Source of the DNA: Ylistrum balloti
Lineage: Eukaryota
DNA: 63,845 nucleotides
Assembly: GCF_031769215.1 (NCBI RefSeq)
Contig: NW_026782215.1
Location: 992,001-1,055,845, forward strand
Direction of reading: 5' to 3'
Below are positions 49,120-61,530 of this stretch, in pieces. The position numbers and the translations under genes are program-made. The first letter of the stretch is position 1. Every line of letters begins with the position of its first letter. The notes below the pieces were generated by a model. The model made no database searches. It saw nothing but the letters and a program-made list of their open reading frames with translations, and was not told where the DNA came from.

Positions 49120-51424
49120 ATGGCTGATGTAACGAATCTGTTCAAGGCGACGATTAAAACAGTAAAATCAAGGAACAAGGTTCTGGGCGATTTTGCAAAT
49201 GGAGGAAAGAAAAACAATTCGTCTAATTCCATCTTCCCTGCGTCGAAACAGAAAGGAGATTTCGAACAAAAAGCGAAGGAAATGGTAAATGTGTTGCTCT
49301 GTTACCGTTACCGAGCCCAATAAAGAATAAATGACACTGCGAGTGCACTAGCAGTTTGATTGTTATATTCGGAAATATCACCCTTTGTTTGAGTGCAAAC
49401 TTATTTTGTTTTATTCTATGATTTACTCACACTGCACATTTACATTCTATACCATTGATCGGAACAAATGTCCAAATTATAGAAATGGTAGGCCTGTCGA
49501 TAGGTTAGAATTACTTTTACCATCCCAATTAATGAGATTCAATGCTCAGCTGCAGTGGCACATATATCTTGATAAAAAATAGCAGGGATTGCATATATAT
49601 CTAACCATATACCAAATACCATTTCCTGCTTTCTAGTACACACATTCCTTCTATTAACATGAGACAAATATTCACCTTGAACATTTGGAGGATATTAAAC
49701 GGCGAGATACACAACAGTCATCGCTTTAACACCAGTTGTTAAATCGGCCGTCTAACGACCTCTTACATGTATGTTTAAGAGTACATAACCACTGTACTGT
49801 GTATGTAATCATCAGTGTGTTTATTTGTGGAAATGTTCTTCAGGTTGGAAATTAATATGTACAAATAAAAGTTTTTACAACACAACCGGTACAAGATTTA
49901 AGTATTATGTTTAAATGACTACACAGTCACCTTCATCAGACATATGACAATTCTGAAGCATACTTGAAATACTGTAAGAGAGGGTAAGGAATCAATTTTT
50001 GGCAGTATGATAATCCTAGGTACATCAAAGTTGAAAAGAGAGTGACGAGATGGTAAACACTGTAGTCAATTTGGCTATGCTTTGTTTAACACTTGGTCAT
50101 AGTTGCCGCCCCCAACCCCTGCCTCCCATTCTTCTGTTTTAAGAACTTTTGTTTTAATGGTAACTATGTTTGTTTATACATATTTTGGTATTGAAACAAT
50201 TTTAAATACCAAAAAAATGCAATGAAATTTGTTGTCATTGTTTGTTTGGTTGGTTTAATGCAATTTAAATTTCTGTTGAGTAGACTGATGTGTTTTTTTT
50301 CCTTATTAGGTGTCCAATATAACTAGACTGAGAGATTTTCTGCTCGAACACAGGAAAGAGTATGTAAATGCAGGCAGGTGAGTTATACTTAAATCACATA
50401 TTGACATATAGAGTAAAGCATATCAATAAATATCATTCACCCATGGGTAAGATTGGGTCTTTGAACCAGAGGGAGATTATTTAGTTTAACTCTTTTGAAT
50501 TTTCCTTAATATCTTAGAAGTAAAGTTTGAGTTCCCATATAATAAGGGAAAAAGTGAATACATGTATCACACATAGATAAATGTTAATTTAATGGCACAA
50601 CATTTCACTATAAAATAGATGTTAATCTGCAATAAGCCCAACTTCTTACTTAGTTCTAAGTGAGAAGTTACATGTTGTCCCACAGGAAACATACTGCAGA
50701 AAAAGACAACTTTCATGTACCTGTAGAAGAATAAGATCTGATGATCTGATTCTGTTGTACATGTATTGGTATCAACTACTATAGTGTGTCTAAATATTCT
50801 GTTGTTTCCAATGTAGTACCACAACAGTACTGTCAACTTGCAGTAGGACACTACTGTTGAATGTCTTCACAAAGTAAATAGTTCAGTCAAAGAACAGTTA
50901 CAAAGATGATTGATATATGATCAAAGAGATTCTGAAATATATGAGATATAGTTGTGCAAAAATGTGAAAACAGAATCTCGAATGTACCAGGATTTAGTTT
51001 AGTGAAATACTGGCATTGAAATATTTAGTATGAGGAAAATAAAGAACTTCGATCTAGGCAGTAACTAGTATATCAAGATAACAAATGAAATGAGTAATGT
51101 CAGTTGATAATGTTGGTTCATAGTTGAACTGTATTTCAGCCACGTGACTATGGAAGCATCCAGAATGACAGATGCTGAGAGAGATCAGATCGATTCAGAT
51201 GCTCAGGATATCATCAAAACATGTAGGGAAACCATCATGAAACTGAAAACTGAATGTAAGTGTATAGGTTTTGATGGTACTTATTCCTCACACACTGTAA
51301 TACATCTATATGGGCGAAACTCATTTATTCTATCAGAAAATAAGCACAACCACAGCCTCAGAAAGACGACGACGATGACCACGATGACGACGACGACAAC
51401 AACCATGACCACGACCACGACGAC

Positions 51425-51458
<34 letters not shown>

Positions 51459-54400
51459 GACTGTTAAAATCATTTGTGGGCCATCATCTCTCAAACTGCT
51501 TGTTGTCTGTCCTTAAATAAATCTTGTTTTTGCAATTGAATGGCTCTTTTTGAGTTTTTTGAAAGTTCCCCTGGTTACCTGTTGTGTCTAACCAATTTTG
51601 AAATTGAAAGAAAAACCAAAATGGCCAACTTGTACCAGTCTTAGATTGAAAGTTAAGATTGCTATCGCTATTTCTTGAAAAGATTTTTTTTACCAGAATC
51701 TATTCTTAATAAACTGTTCCTCAAAATATCTTTACAGCTGAAGTTCAGAAGGTCCACCCACAAGTGAAAGATCATCGAGATGGAGTTATTCGACTGATAG
51801 AGGAATATCTAAAAGGTGACATATTTGACTGTTGCTCTTGCAGTGTATATACATAGCAGCCAAACCTCAAATTCTGGAATCTTTAACAGACTTTGAATGG
51901 GACATGATTTTATCATTCTACATGACATTTATGGAATTGGATTTTTTTAATGCTACATATGATATTCAACATTTATCTCTATAACAAATTCAAGTATAAT
52001 TTTTAACAGATTTTAATATCAAACAATGTTATTTTAATGTATTGATAAGCATAGAAAGAAGGTGTACTCTTTGTGGATTTATTTAACTGTACATGTGGTT
52101 GGAATTTGTTCCAAATTCCTGTGCCCTACCAACTGATTTACTTTCTCCTTCCTTTCTACAAACCACAATTGTTTTTTTCAAGTGTAAAATGGTAACTACA
52201 TGTAATGTTTTAGAATCTGTCCACCTAAATTTTCCATGTAAAAAAGTACACAGAAACTACAAATGCCACTCTTTACCCCTTCTCCATACACTGTATAACT
52301 CCTAAAATGTTTAGAAAGTCATATAGTCATATTTTCAAAGCATGTTTTTTTTCCCTTTAAAACATCCTAAATCATATCAAGGTCAACTCTGTCTGCTATG
52401 TAGCCGAAACACAACTAGAAAATACAAATTGATAATCATGAAGAGCGTATAATGTACAGCTAGAGCCTGTTTGTTACAAACCAAATAACTTTAATGGTTG
52501 GCTTTAATGTGTTTTAATTTTATCTTTATAGTTGTGTGCAAAATTTATAGTGAACAGAAAGCTGTGCGTGTAAAACGAGTTGTTGATAGGAAACGCATGT
52601 AAGTAGATATTTTATGATCTGATTGGTTCTCAGAATTTCTTGATATTTTCTTAAGATTTTACAAACAAGCAACTCTGATTAACTTCACCAATGAGTGGAT
52701 TTCCATGAATTTTTATTGGTTTCAACCCTGATCTATTACATAAATGGCCTGTTTTGTCCTGTCACATAGCCTTGCATAGATATGCTAAGACACTTGTAAT
52801 AATGCTGCTGTGACATCCTATCTTTTTGGTGTCACATAATTGTCACGGTAGCGAGAAACACACTGTGAACATCAAAATAAATTTGTTTAATAAGGAAATA
52901 AATTAATGAATTCTTACTACATTTTTAAAAAGAAAAACAGGTTATATGATAAATATCTTATACTTGTGCTATTGTGATATGGACTTTATTAAACTCATTA
53001 AACAATTTGTTATGTCACTCACCTAAATATTCTTTATGAAAAATATTCTGATTTTGTGTAATAAGTTGCTTATTTCATACTGATAATCATGGTCCTCAAT
53101 ATTTCTTTTTGGAATAACCATGATTTTTCTGTACATGTATAATATCATAAGGTTGATATTATAAATCCCACCATCACACCTTACAGTGATTATTTCATAT
53201 TTTGTTGGACATATGAATCTGAATGAAGTCAAGAACTCCAGTTGAATATTATTAGAAATTAACCTTATATGCTCTGTGATCAGACTTCTGTAATATACAG
53301 AAAACAGGTAATGTTCAATCAGATTCTCCTTTGTTTCAGTTCTAAATTGGAGCCAGAAAGAAAGAAGAGAAAAGAACTTCTTGATGCAAAAGAGGCAAAA
53401 GAAAGGAAAACAGAAAATAACATGGACAGTATGTAATTCATCAACTACACAAAGTTTTGGATTGTTTTTCTTATCTAAACTAGAATTTGTAATTGGTGCC
53501 TGCCCTTTTCCTTCCTACCTGCTTTGTAAAGTAAATTTCCTTGATTTCAAATATTCATACAAAGAAACATTCAGTTAAACATTTTGAAAACTGATTCCTT
53601 GTAATTGCATATTTTGGCTTTATGTTGCAATATTACAATTTCTTTATTACTTGTCTTGCTTTATAATGAAGCCTAGACCGAGACTTTTTGGAAATTTGTT
53701 TTAATTGGTATAGTCCTTTGCTGCTACTACCATATTGACAGATATGCAAGCTGGTGTTATTTTTTCCATACCATTGTTTTTATTTTAAAAAAACCAACAA
53801 TTTTCAATAATCATCATTCACTGAACACATTCCCATACTATTGATTACAGTATCCAAATAAGAAAATAGGTGATGCTGTTTATAGCCATCTCAGATGTTG
53901 TTTGAATCTACATTACAGTTGTGGAATCAGAAAAGTCCTCAAGGAGTTCTCTTCCACCTGAGAATCCAATGTTTGATGATGATGATAGTGATATTTCACC
54001 AGAGGATGCTCAGATGGTAGGAACCTTGTTCTACAATGTAGAGTTACTTCTCTTTGTACTGCTTGGCTTAACTAGATATATCATGGAGAATTTAGTTTTG
54101 ACATAGAATGTTAACAAATAGTGAAGATAAGATAGTAGGGATCAGTTTGATCCAAAGACATTTAGAAAAATAAATAGATCGATAAACAATAACAAATAAC
54201 CTCAACAGAAGTAAACTTGTCAATGAGTTTTGTATAAGTTGTAACAGGCAAATATTGTGAGAAAAAAAAGCATTGGAGATATTATTTTTCTATGAGAAGG
54301 GACTGCTTTATACAATTTTGGTGACATCTCAGTTAGACTTTATTGGAGGAAATTTGTTGTAAGGTAATCACATTAAATGTAAATATATTTACTTATCTTG

Positions 54401-57400
54401 TTATTTGTTACAGTTTGAGAGAGAGAACCAGACACTGTTTGATGAAATGAACAGTCTGGCTCAGGAAGTTAGGTAAGTTTTTTGTCTTTTATATGGTTAT
54501 CTTTGTATTCTGGTATTGTGTCGTTATACCACCAAAAAAACGACAGCCCATATATATTTTTCCAAAGTTGTTCATTGTTTGAAATTTCTGGATTTCAAGT
54601 CAATTCACTTTAAGCCTTGATTACTTTTGATTAAGTATTCTAAGTATGGATATACTAAATTCTGTGGTTAAGAGGTTTGTATAAAATTTAGGAATCTCCT
54701 CGGATGTTTTATATTTTTTACTTTGCATTATTTTAACATATTTGTTGTGATGGGACAAAGAAACTTTTCTGATATGTAGATCTGATGTACCATATCTTTG
54801 ATTGAATTTAGCACTTTTTTCAAGTTCTCTTGAAGGAATATTAATTTATTATGTTATATCTACAGTCATATTGAAGGTCAGGTTGTGGAGATAGCACGTC
54901 TTCAGGAGATATTCACAGAAAAAGTCTTAGAACAGGTAAGACTTAAAGTCATTATCTACATATAAAAATATATGATATTTGCCCTATTTTGAATTACAGA
55001 TATGGTATTGTATGTAAAATGCTATTGGTGATCTCACATATCGGTAAGTGAAAATAAGTGTAGTTGTATCGAACCTCACTTAATGATGAAATTAAAACAT
55101 ATCAATGAATATATTCTGCAACGGTGGCATTTATCCATCTGTACATTGTAAGAGTTATTGCCCTTTTATTTTTGGTTCTTGTCAGGATTCCATTTTCATC
55201 AGGTTTAAACTTCATTTTCGAAACTTGGACAGCTTTGTAACCAGGATATTGTTTTCCTGTGCAATATTTTGATCTCATGACCTTTTTGGGAGGGTTTTGT
55301 CCCTTTTTCTTTAAAATTGTTCTGTGATTGTGGTCTAAGTTGGTGTGTCAATAAGAAATTCTTCATATGGCTATTTCTTAAAAATACAAGATGGATCTTT
55401 CTCAAATTCCAAGTGCAGAAGCCCCTTGCTCAGTATTTATGCCCTTTTTATTTCAGACTGATCAGAAAAAAACAGAATGGCTGATAAGTGGCAATCTTGG
55501 ATTTTAAAAATCTCTTTTTCTTGAGAAATGTATGGGTCTTTCTCAAATTTTTTTAGGTGCCCCTTGGTCCCTAGTTGTGCCCGTTGAATTGTGAGACAGA
55601 TATGAAAAACAAAATTGCTGACATCTACATATGTAGTTTAGCATTAATCCTGATCTGAAATCTGCTTACTCATTTTCCAATTGATTTCATTTTGAAACTC
55701 AGCAGACTTATATGATGGTGGTAGAATGACAGAATGGAAGGATTTAAATGTTAACAATCAAAAACAAATTAACGAGTTTTGTATTTGCTTCCACAGGAAT
55801 GTAACAAGACATGTCTTTAAACAGATAAATTACCCAAAGCTCAATGCAGTATTTGTTACATGGCACAAACCTTGATTGGATTAGATTAGGCTTGCCCTTT
55901 AAAAAATGAAAATTTTGATATGAGAATTCTATGTTTTGAATTTGTATGGTACTGGAATGAGGTCCATGTTCCTAACTACTTAATTGTAGAAGGGTAGTAG
56001 TCCACTCTTACACAGGTATATTGATAATCAAATAACATTAAGATAGACTTTTAATAGTGTCTGTTGGTAAATTAAAGCCACAATATATGCATCATTTAGC
56101 AAATTTACATGATTCAGAAAATTTCTGAGAAAACTTCCAGTTAATAATTATGCATTGTAAGATGAAAACGAACACTCTGAGGGAATATAAAAACAAATGA
56201 AAATTAATGAAAGTGGGTCCAACTGGAAACACAAACAGAAGGCCGTTACACAAAAACCGCACAGGTGTAGTAGATGTGTTTCCAGGTAAAATGTGATGTG
56301 GCATGATTTTCTGACTACTGTTTGGCAAATTGTAAATAGAGGCATGTTTTATTGTAAATGAATATCAACAGCTTTTATATCAGTTTCAACACATGTTATA
56401 GTCTAGAGTATTTCTGAGATTATTTGAATTTTTGCTCTATAAATATCAATAGGTTACATTTTATCTTCGGTATTTTGGTGAATGGTGCATATTTTGGGAC
56501 TTTAAATCTTATATCTACAAGGTATTTAATCAACTATCACTTTTCATTAAATTGATTTTACTTTTGAAAATATATTTCATTCTATCTGAAGGACAAAGAT
56601 ATTGACAGAATAGCGGAGAACGTTGTTGGTGCTACAGAAAATATCAAGGATGGAAATGAAGAAATTAGAGAGGTAAATAAGTTCTTATATATTTGGTGAT
56701 AATAGGCAAAACTCATCATCAGTCTGAAGTGAGGATCAAAAATACCTATAACTAAGTCAGAGATGGGTTCACCCACAAAGAGGTCAAAGGGCAGGAGCTA
56801 TAAGGGTTCAGTGAGTGCAAAGCACCTTTTTCAATTCTTAAAAGCATTGTTTGTAATTGTCATGGTTTAAACTTGGTTGTAATTATCAGCTATTTGTGAT
56901 GATCAGTTAAGTGACTCATTTTTATATTGTTCACTTGTTAAGTGAAAGTAATCCCTGGAGTATTGAGGTTGATTTTCACTGGGAATGAACAAGGAAAGCC
57001 TTAATGTTCTGTTAAGCAAACTGTCATGACAAATTTTATGATGAGTTTGGCTTTTTACTTGTTAACTTGATTTAAAAGGATTTTAAGCATAGTATACTCC
57101 ATATTTTACTTGCATCAAGGGAGCAAATCTATTTTATTGAGGTGTTCCCAAATGACACCAACTTTTAAATACATGTAGCATTTAAGTGCTTATCTTGTCA
57201 TTTCTGAACAAAACATTATCCACCAATACAGCTTAATGTGTGACCTATTTTTGCATTAATCATTAAATTAAATCATTGAATGAAGACATAATGACGAAAT
57301 GGAGTCCCATCTAAAACTTAAAAGATCTACGCCACATTAACAGATTGGCATTGCAAGAATTCATCCTTGCTTCACAATTTTTTTAATAGCTGTGACAAAG

Positions 57401-57867
57401 TAATCTTTAATTCAATATACTGAAGCATCCCCATTTATCTTGACTGCAAATAGTGATCTAATGAAGGAGCTGATATGTTTTTTTAAAAGTTACTATTAAT
57501 TACGGTGTTGGTTTGTCTCAAACTTGCTTTATTCTCCTTTCAAAGTTGATTTTTTCTTAATGCATTATACATGCTGTTTGTGTGACAAAATATAGCTGAC
57601 TTCTTTTTCTTTCAACAATCATTAAAGATTGATACTGTAACTGAGTTAGGTTTAAGGAATACTTCATTTCCCAATCTTACCTCTTCAGAGATATTCAAGA
57701 ATATATGATTTCGCAAACACTGATCTAGAAATGACATTAAATTCTTTAAATCCTTTTTTTTCTATTTACAGGCTATAAAGAATAGTGCTGGATTACGTGT
57801 GTGGATTTTATTTTTCTTCCTGGTATTACCACTCTCCTTACTCTTCTTACATTGGTACAATGATTAA
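49120..57867 (+). CDS. STX18: Syntaxin-18 (ER Qa-SNARE), 328 aa, 11 exons
   Basis: Exons 49120-49284, 50310-50377, 51140-51255, 51738-51815, 52532-52598, 53340-53428, 53919-54016, 54414-54472, 54866-54935, 56592-56672, 57772-57867 (987 nt, GT-AG). [61 protein letters not shown] helix [22 protein letters not shown] and a C-terminal TM anchor. Confidence 0.97.
51366..51458. repeat. Compound trinucleotide microsatellite (ACG/ACC/ACA-rich then (ATT)11) in STX18 intron 3
   Basis: Directly visible. In the exon 3 frame it reads poly-Thr then poly-Ile. Confidence 0.95.
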
Positions 57868-60800
57868 GTGTCATCATAAATATTGATTATGAAAATACAT
57901 TTCTGTGTATCAAAGCTGCTTTGTGAGATGAATGTTACTTGAATTGCTATTTTCTATTACTTGTAATTAAAAAGTGATTGCTATTGATTGTTCGAACAAT
58001 TAGGATGGGTTAGATAGAAATCTGCATGATTCTAGTAGAACAGCCAGACAGATTGAATTGCTTAAGAATCAAGTGCAACTGTTAAATAATTTATATCTCC
58101 TCCTTCTAAACCAAAGATTTATCTTTTGTTTTTTCCTGTCTGAGAAATTCATTTGATTTTAGATTTTTATTTTTTTTTTAAATATAGTTGATTAAAACAA
58201 ATAAAAAATATTCATGCACAAACAATTTAAGATTAAATGAATGTGCAAGGAAGGTCATCCTAATTTTTTCCTGTTTTAATGTTTAGATTCAAATGATTTA
58301 AATGAGAATGTCCCTGCCAACAGGTACTACATGGTTATGTATTATGCTGAATATACATTGTAGTGTAAGATAAAGTGCTTAATTTTGTTCCAACTTGTGA
58401 TGTTTTGTGGCTTTAGAAATACTGCACAAAGTAAATTCAATCCGTAAGACTTCAGATACAAAATAGAATCTACGAAACATACACTTTAAATAATGTCATA
58501 GCTTATACTAGGATCAAACTAATTTTGAACATTTCATATAGGCAATAATACTATTCTGTAAAAATCTAATGTTAGCAGGTTTTATTATATGAAACAGAAC
58601 TCTTCATTGATGCACAGCTATCATGGATAATCAGTAAAGAAGAATACCTGTTACACAGGGAGCCATTTATATGAATATGCATTATAGATTTTGTAGTAAA
58701 TGACACACTTTACCTTTTGTAAAATACAGATCAGTTGTCATTGTCTCAATTTAAGGTATCGTCACCATATAGTGGGATATTTCCATGGGGATGATATTTT
58801 TGCTTTTTCACAGTACATTAATATAATTGCAAAAATTTAATCCATGAAACAATGAGACACATGTGTATTGGAGATCCTTTTACATACAGATCAGGAAATT
58901 TTAATTTGTTAAAATTTAATTAAAGGGTTTCAAAAAACCTTGACCCATTAAAATTACTAGCTGAACAATTGTACATGAGCCAGTCAATGCCCTATCTTAA
59001 TTACCAGTGTAGACTGTAGGTTTTGATTGTGGTAGGTATGCATGGATGATTTGTTTGTTAGTTGATAAAAACATTTTATATACAGACACCTACACAGAAA
59101 TTGTTATGGGTGTAATGATCTTAGAATGACAGTCTTTTACTAAAGTGAAATTTCATACCTGATAAAGGTTCAATCTGTATAGCATTGCCAAGTACCTACC
59201 GGTATGTTCTTTATTTAGTACCTACATTTATTTTATTTTTTATGTATTTGTCATAATTCATTTTCTAATTTTCCATCAACACAATGTACAAAAGGCAACA
59301 GAGATGACTCATACACATTATCTTACCACATATGCCTACATACCCAATGTCAGATATGCATAATTACAAGCGAGCACACATATACACTTGTTTGTATATG
59401 GTATCAATGTCCACACTTCCAAATAACTGCCTCCTCCTACACACACTTCCACATGTAATGAATAATATGCATGCATTAGTTTATATATTTATACAAATGG
59501 TACTCTCACATATCTGTACACATAATTTCTAATATTTATCTATGTATTTCATACCCATGTACACAAACCTAACCATACACCAGAAAAAGAAAACATTGGA
59601 CATTCAATCATGTACACATGTTTGTACTTTAATTAATTACATTTGTAATGCTGTGTCTCACACAGCAAGGTACAACATATATCCACCTTCATACTGATGA
59701 GTTACATAATAGCAATGGAAAAAACAGACATTCTTCCCTGTATGTATATATGTATATGTAAACACTAATCAAACACATGCAAAAAACACAGTCAATATTT
59801 GTTCAATACTTTCAAATCCACTTACATGGTACATTTCATAGATACATCTATATGCATAGCATTTGACATAACAAGACATTCTGTTATATGTACTGCATAC
59901 AGGTTTAGAAATGATGTACTTAGTAAATCAGTCACATGAGAAAAGACAAACTGAAAAAAAGGGAATTTTTAGGATTTTTTTCATTCTGAGTAGACCAGGG
60001 CCAGGTACTATGTAGATTGTAATGATTTTATGTGAGAAAGTAATTGAAAGATATGTAGGGAATGAAAAAGGGGAAAAAATAGAAAAGTGAGAAGAAAGCT
60101 AAGAAAGATTGGGGATGAGAGAGAGCACTTATAATATTGATCAAGAACCTTATTATACACAGTTATGTCCCTTTATCAGTATTTTTGTAGGAGGTAGGAG
60201 TATGGATTGTTTATATGGTTCTTAGCAGATTTTGAATCCATGTTTATTTATCATTCAAAGGGGTTTACAGCATGCAGCATTTCTATATCAGTTGAAAAAC
60301 TTTGAAACAGAATTCAATTATCATGTTTGTAAATGTGCAATATTTCATGCTTAAAAATAAAAAAAATAAGAAAATGCAAATGATTTAAAAATTTTTTATC
60401 TGTGTGTCAATTTATCAAGCTTATACATATCATCTGTAGGCATATAGGAGTTTTCACTATAATAGTAAATGTGTTGTGGCTGCTGTTTGGTCAGTGGTAA
60501 AATAGAGAAATATAAACACAGTGATTCACTTCAGTATTAACTGATAGCTAAATTGAATATCCAAGGTGACTTCAAATAAAGATTCATTAAATAATTTCAT
60601 AGTCTAGAAATTTTTATCAAAAGTTGAATGGAAATTAAAACATCAGCAATTAAAGTGACAAATTCCAATATTGTCCTTTCTTATGTCCATGTTGATTTTT
60701 ATGACTATTAAAAAAGATTTGCTTATATTGTGGGCTAATCTGTCTTCCATTTTTGTCTTTTACATGGATTTGATCTGCATACTTTCAATGTGATCCAAAG

Positions 60801-61307
60801 CAGGCAGTTCAGTAAGTGAGAATACTGAAATTTGAGTGACTGACCAAAGAGAACTAAAGACAATTAAGTTCTACTTAAGGAAGCAATATAAAAGAAATGA
60901 GAATACTGACATTTTAACAAAAGTTAAATTTAAGAAATAACAACAAGAAGTCTAAAGGGCATGCATCGCTCCAAGTAGCTTTTAAAATTATGATGGATGA
61001 TTGATGTTTCACCCTCATCAATTTTTCAGTAGAAAACAATTTTAAAGTTATTTTAAAAATGACCTTGATGGTTGACCTTCAAACATTCAATAATACAAGG
61101 AAGCAAACAATCAATTTATTAAGTGGATACAATTTTTTTGTAAAAGTTTCCGTTCAAGGATATTTTCAGAAAATGAGTAATGATAGTGATTTTTCTCTTC
61201 TCATTTCTCCTTTCAATTGCTGGAACAATTAAAGCAAGTTTTCAACTTCCAGAAGACATTACATTTGAGAATTCGGGTATCATATGGAGAGGTCCTTTTC
61301 ATTTACT

Positions 61308-61530
61308 AACAAGAGGCCCATGAACCCCGTATCGCTCACCCAGTTCGGTTTGGCAACAATTACTCTGTTTCCGCTATTGGATCCAGCCATTCAGGTCAAT
61401 CCTTTACCAAAGGATGCTTCAAAGCAATATTCGGCAAATTTCTGTCAGTCTTGCAAAGACCAATTAGAATGCTTCATATCAAACTTGGGTCAATTCCCGT
61501 CATTCCGACGAAAGGAATTTAAATAAATTG
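61308..61530 (+). mobile_element. HINE/MITE-like element, 5' portion
   Basis: Starts aacaagaggcccatgaaccccgtatcgctcaccc, close to the recalled bivalve consensus AACAAGAGGCCCATGGGCC...ATCGCTCACCTG. The right boundary is approximate. Confidence 0.55.

Noticed and set aside
3949-57867. Minor (U12) or non-canonical introns in the six genes
   Set aside because: All reconstructed introns are GT-AG and none has the GTATCCTT donor.
59300-59600. ORF 59332..59532 in CA/TA-rich sequence
   Set aside because: Low-complexity composition explains the H/T/Y/M-rich translation; no coding evidence.
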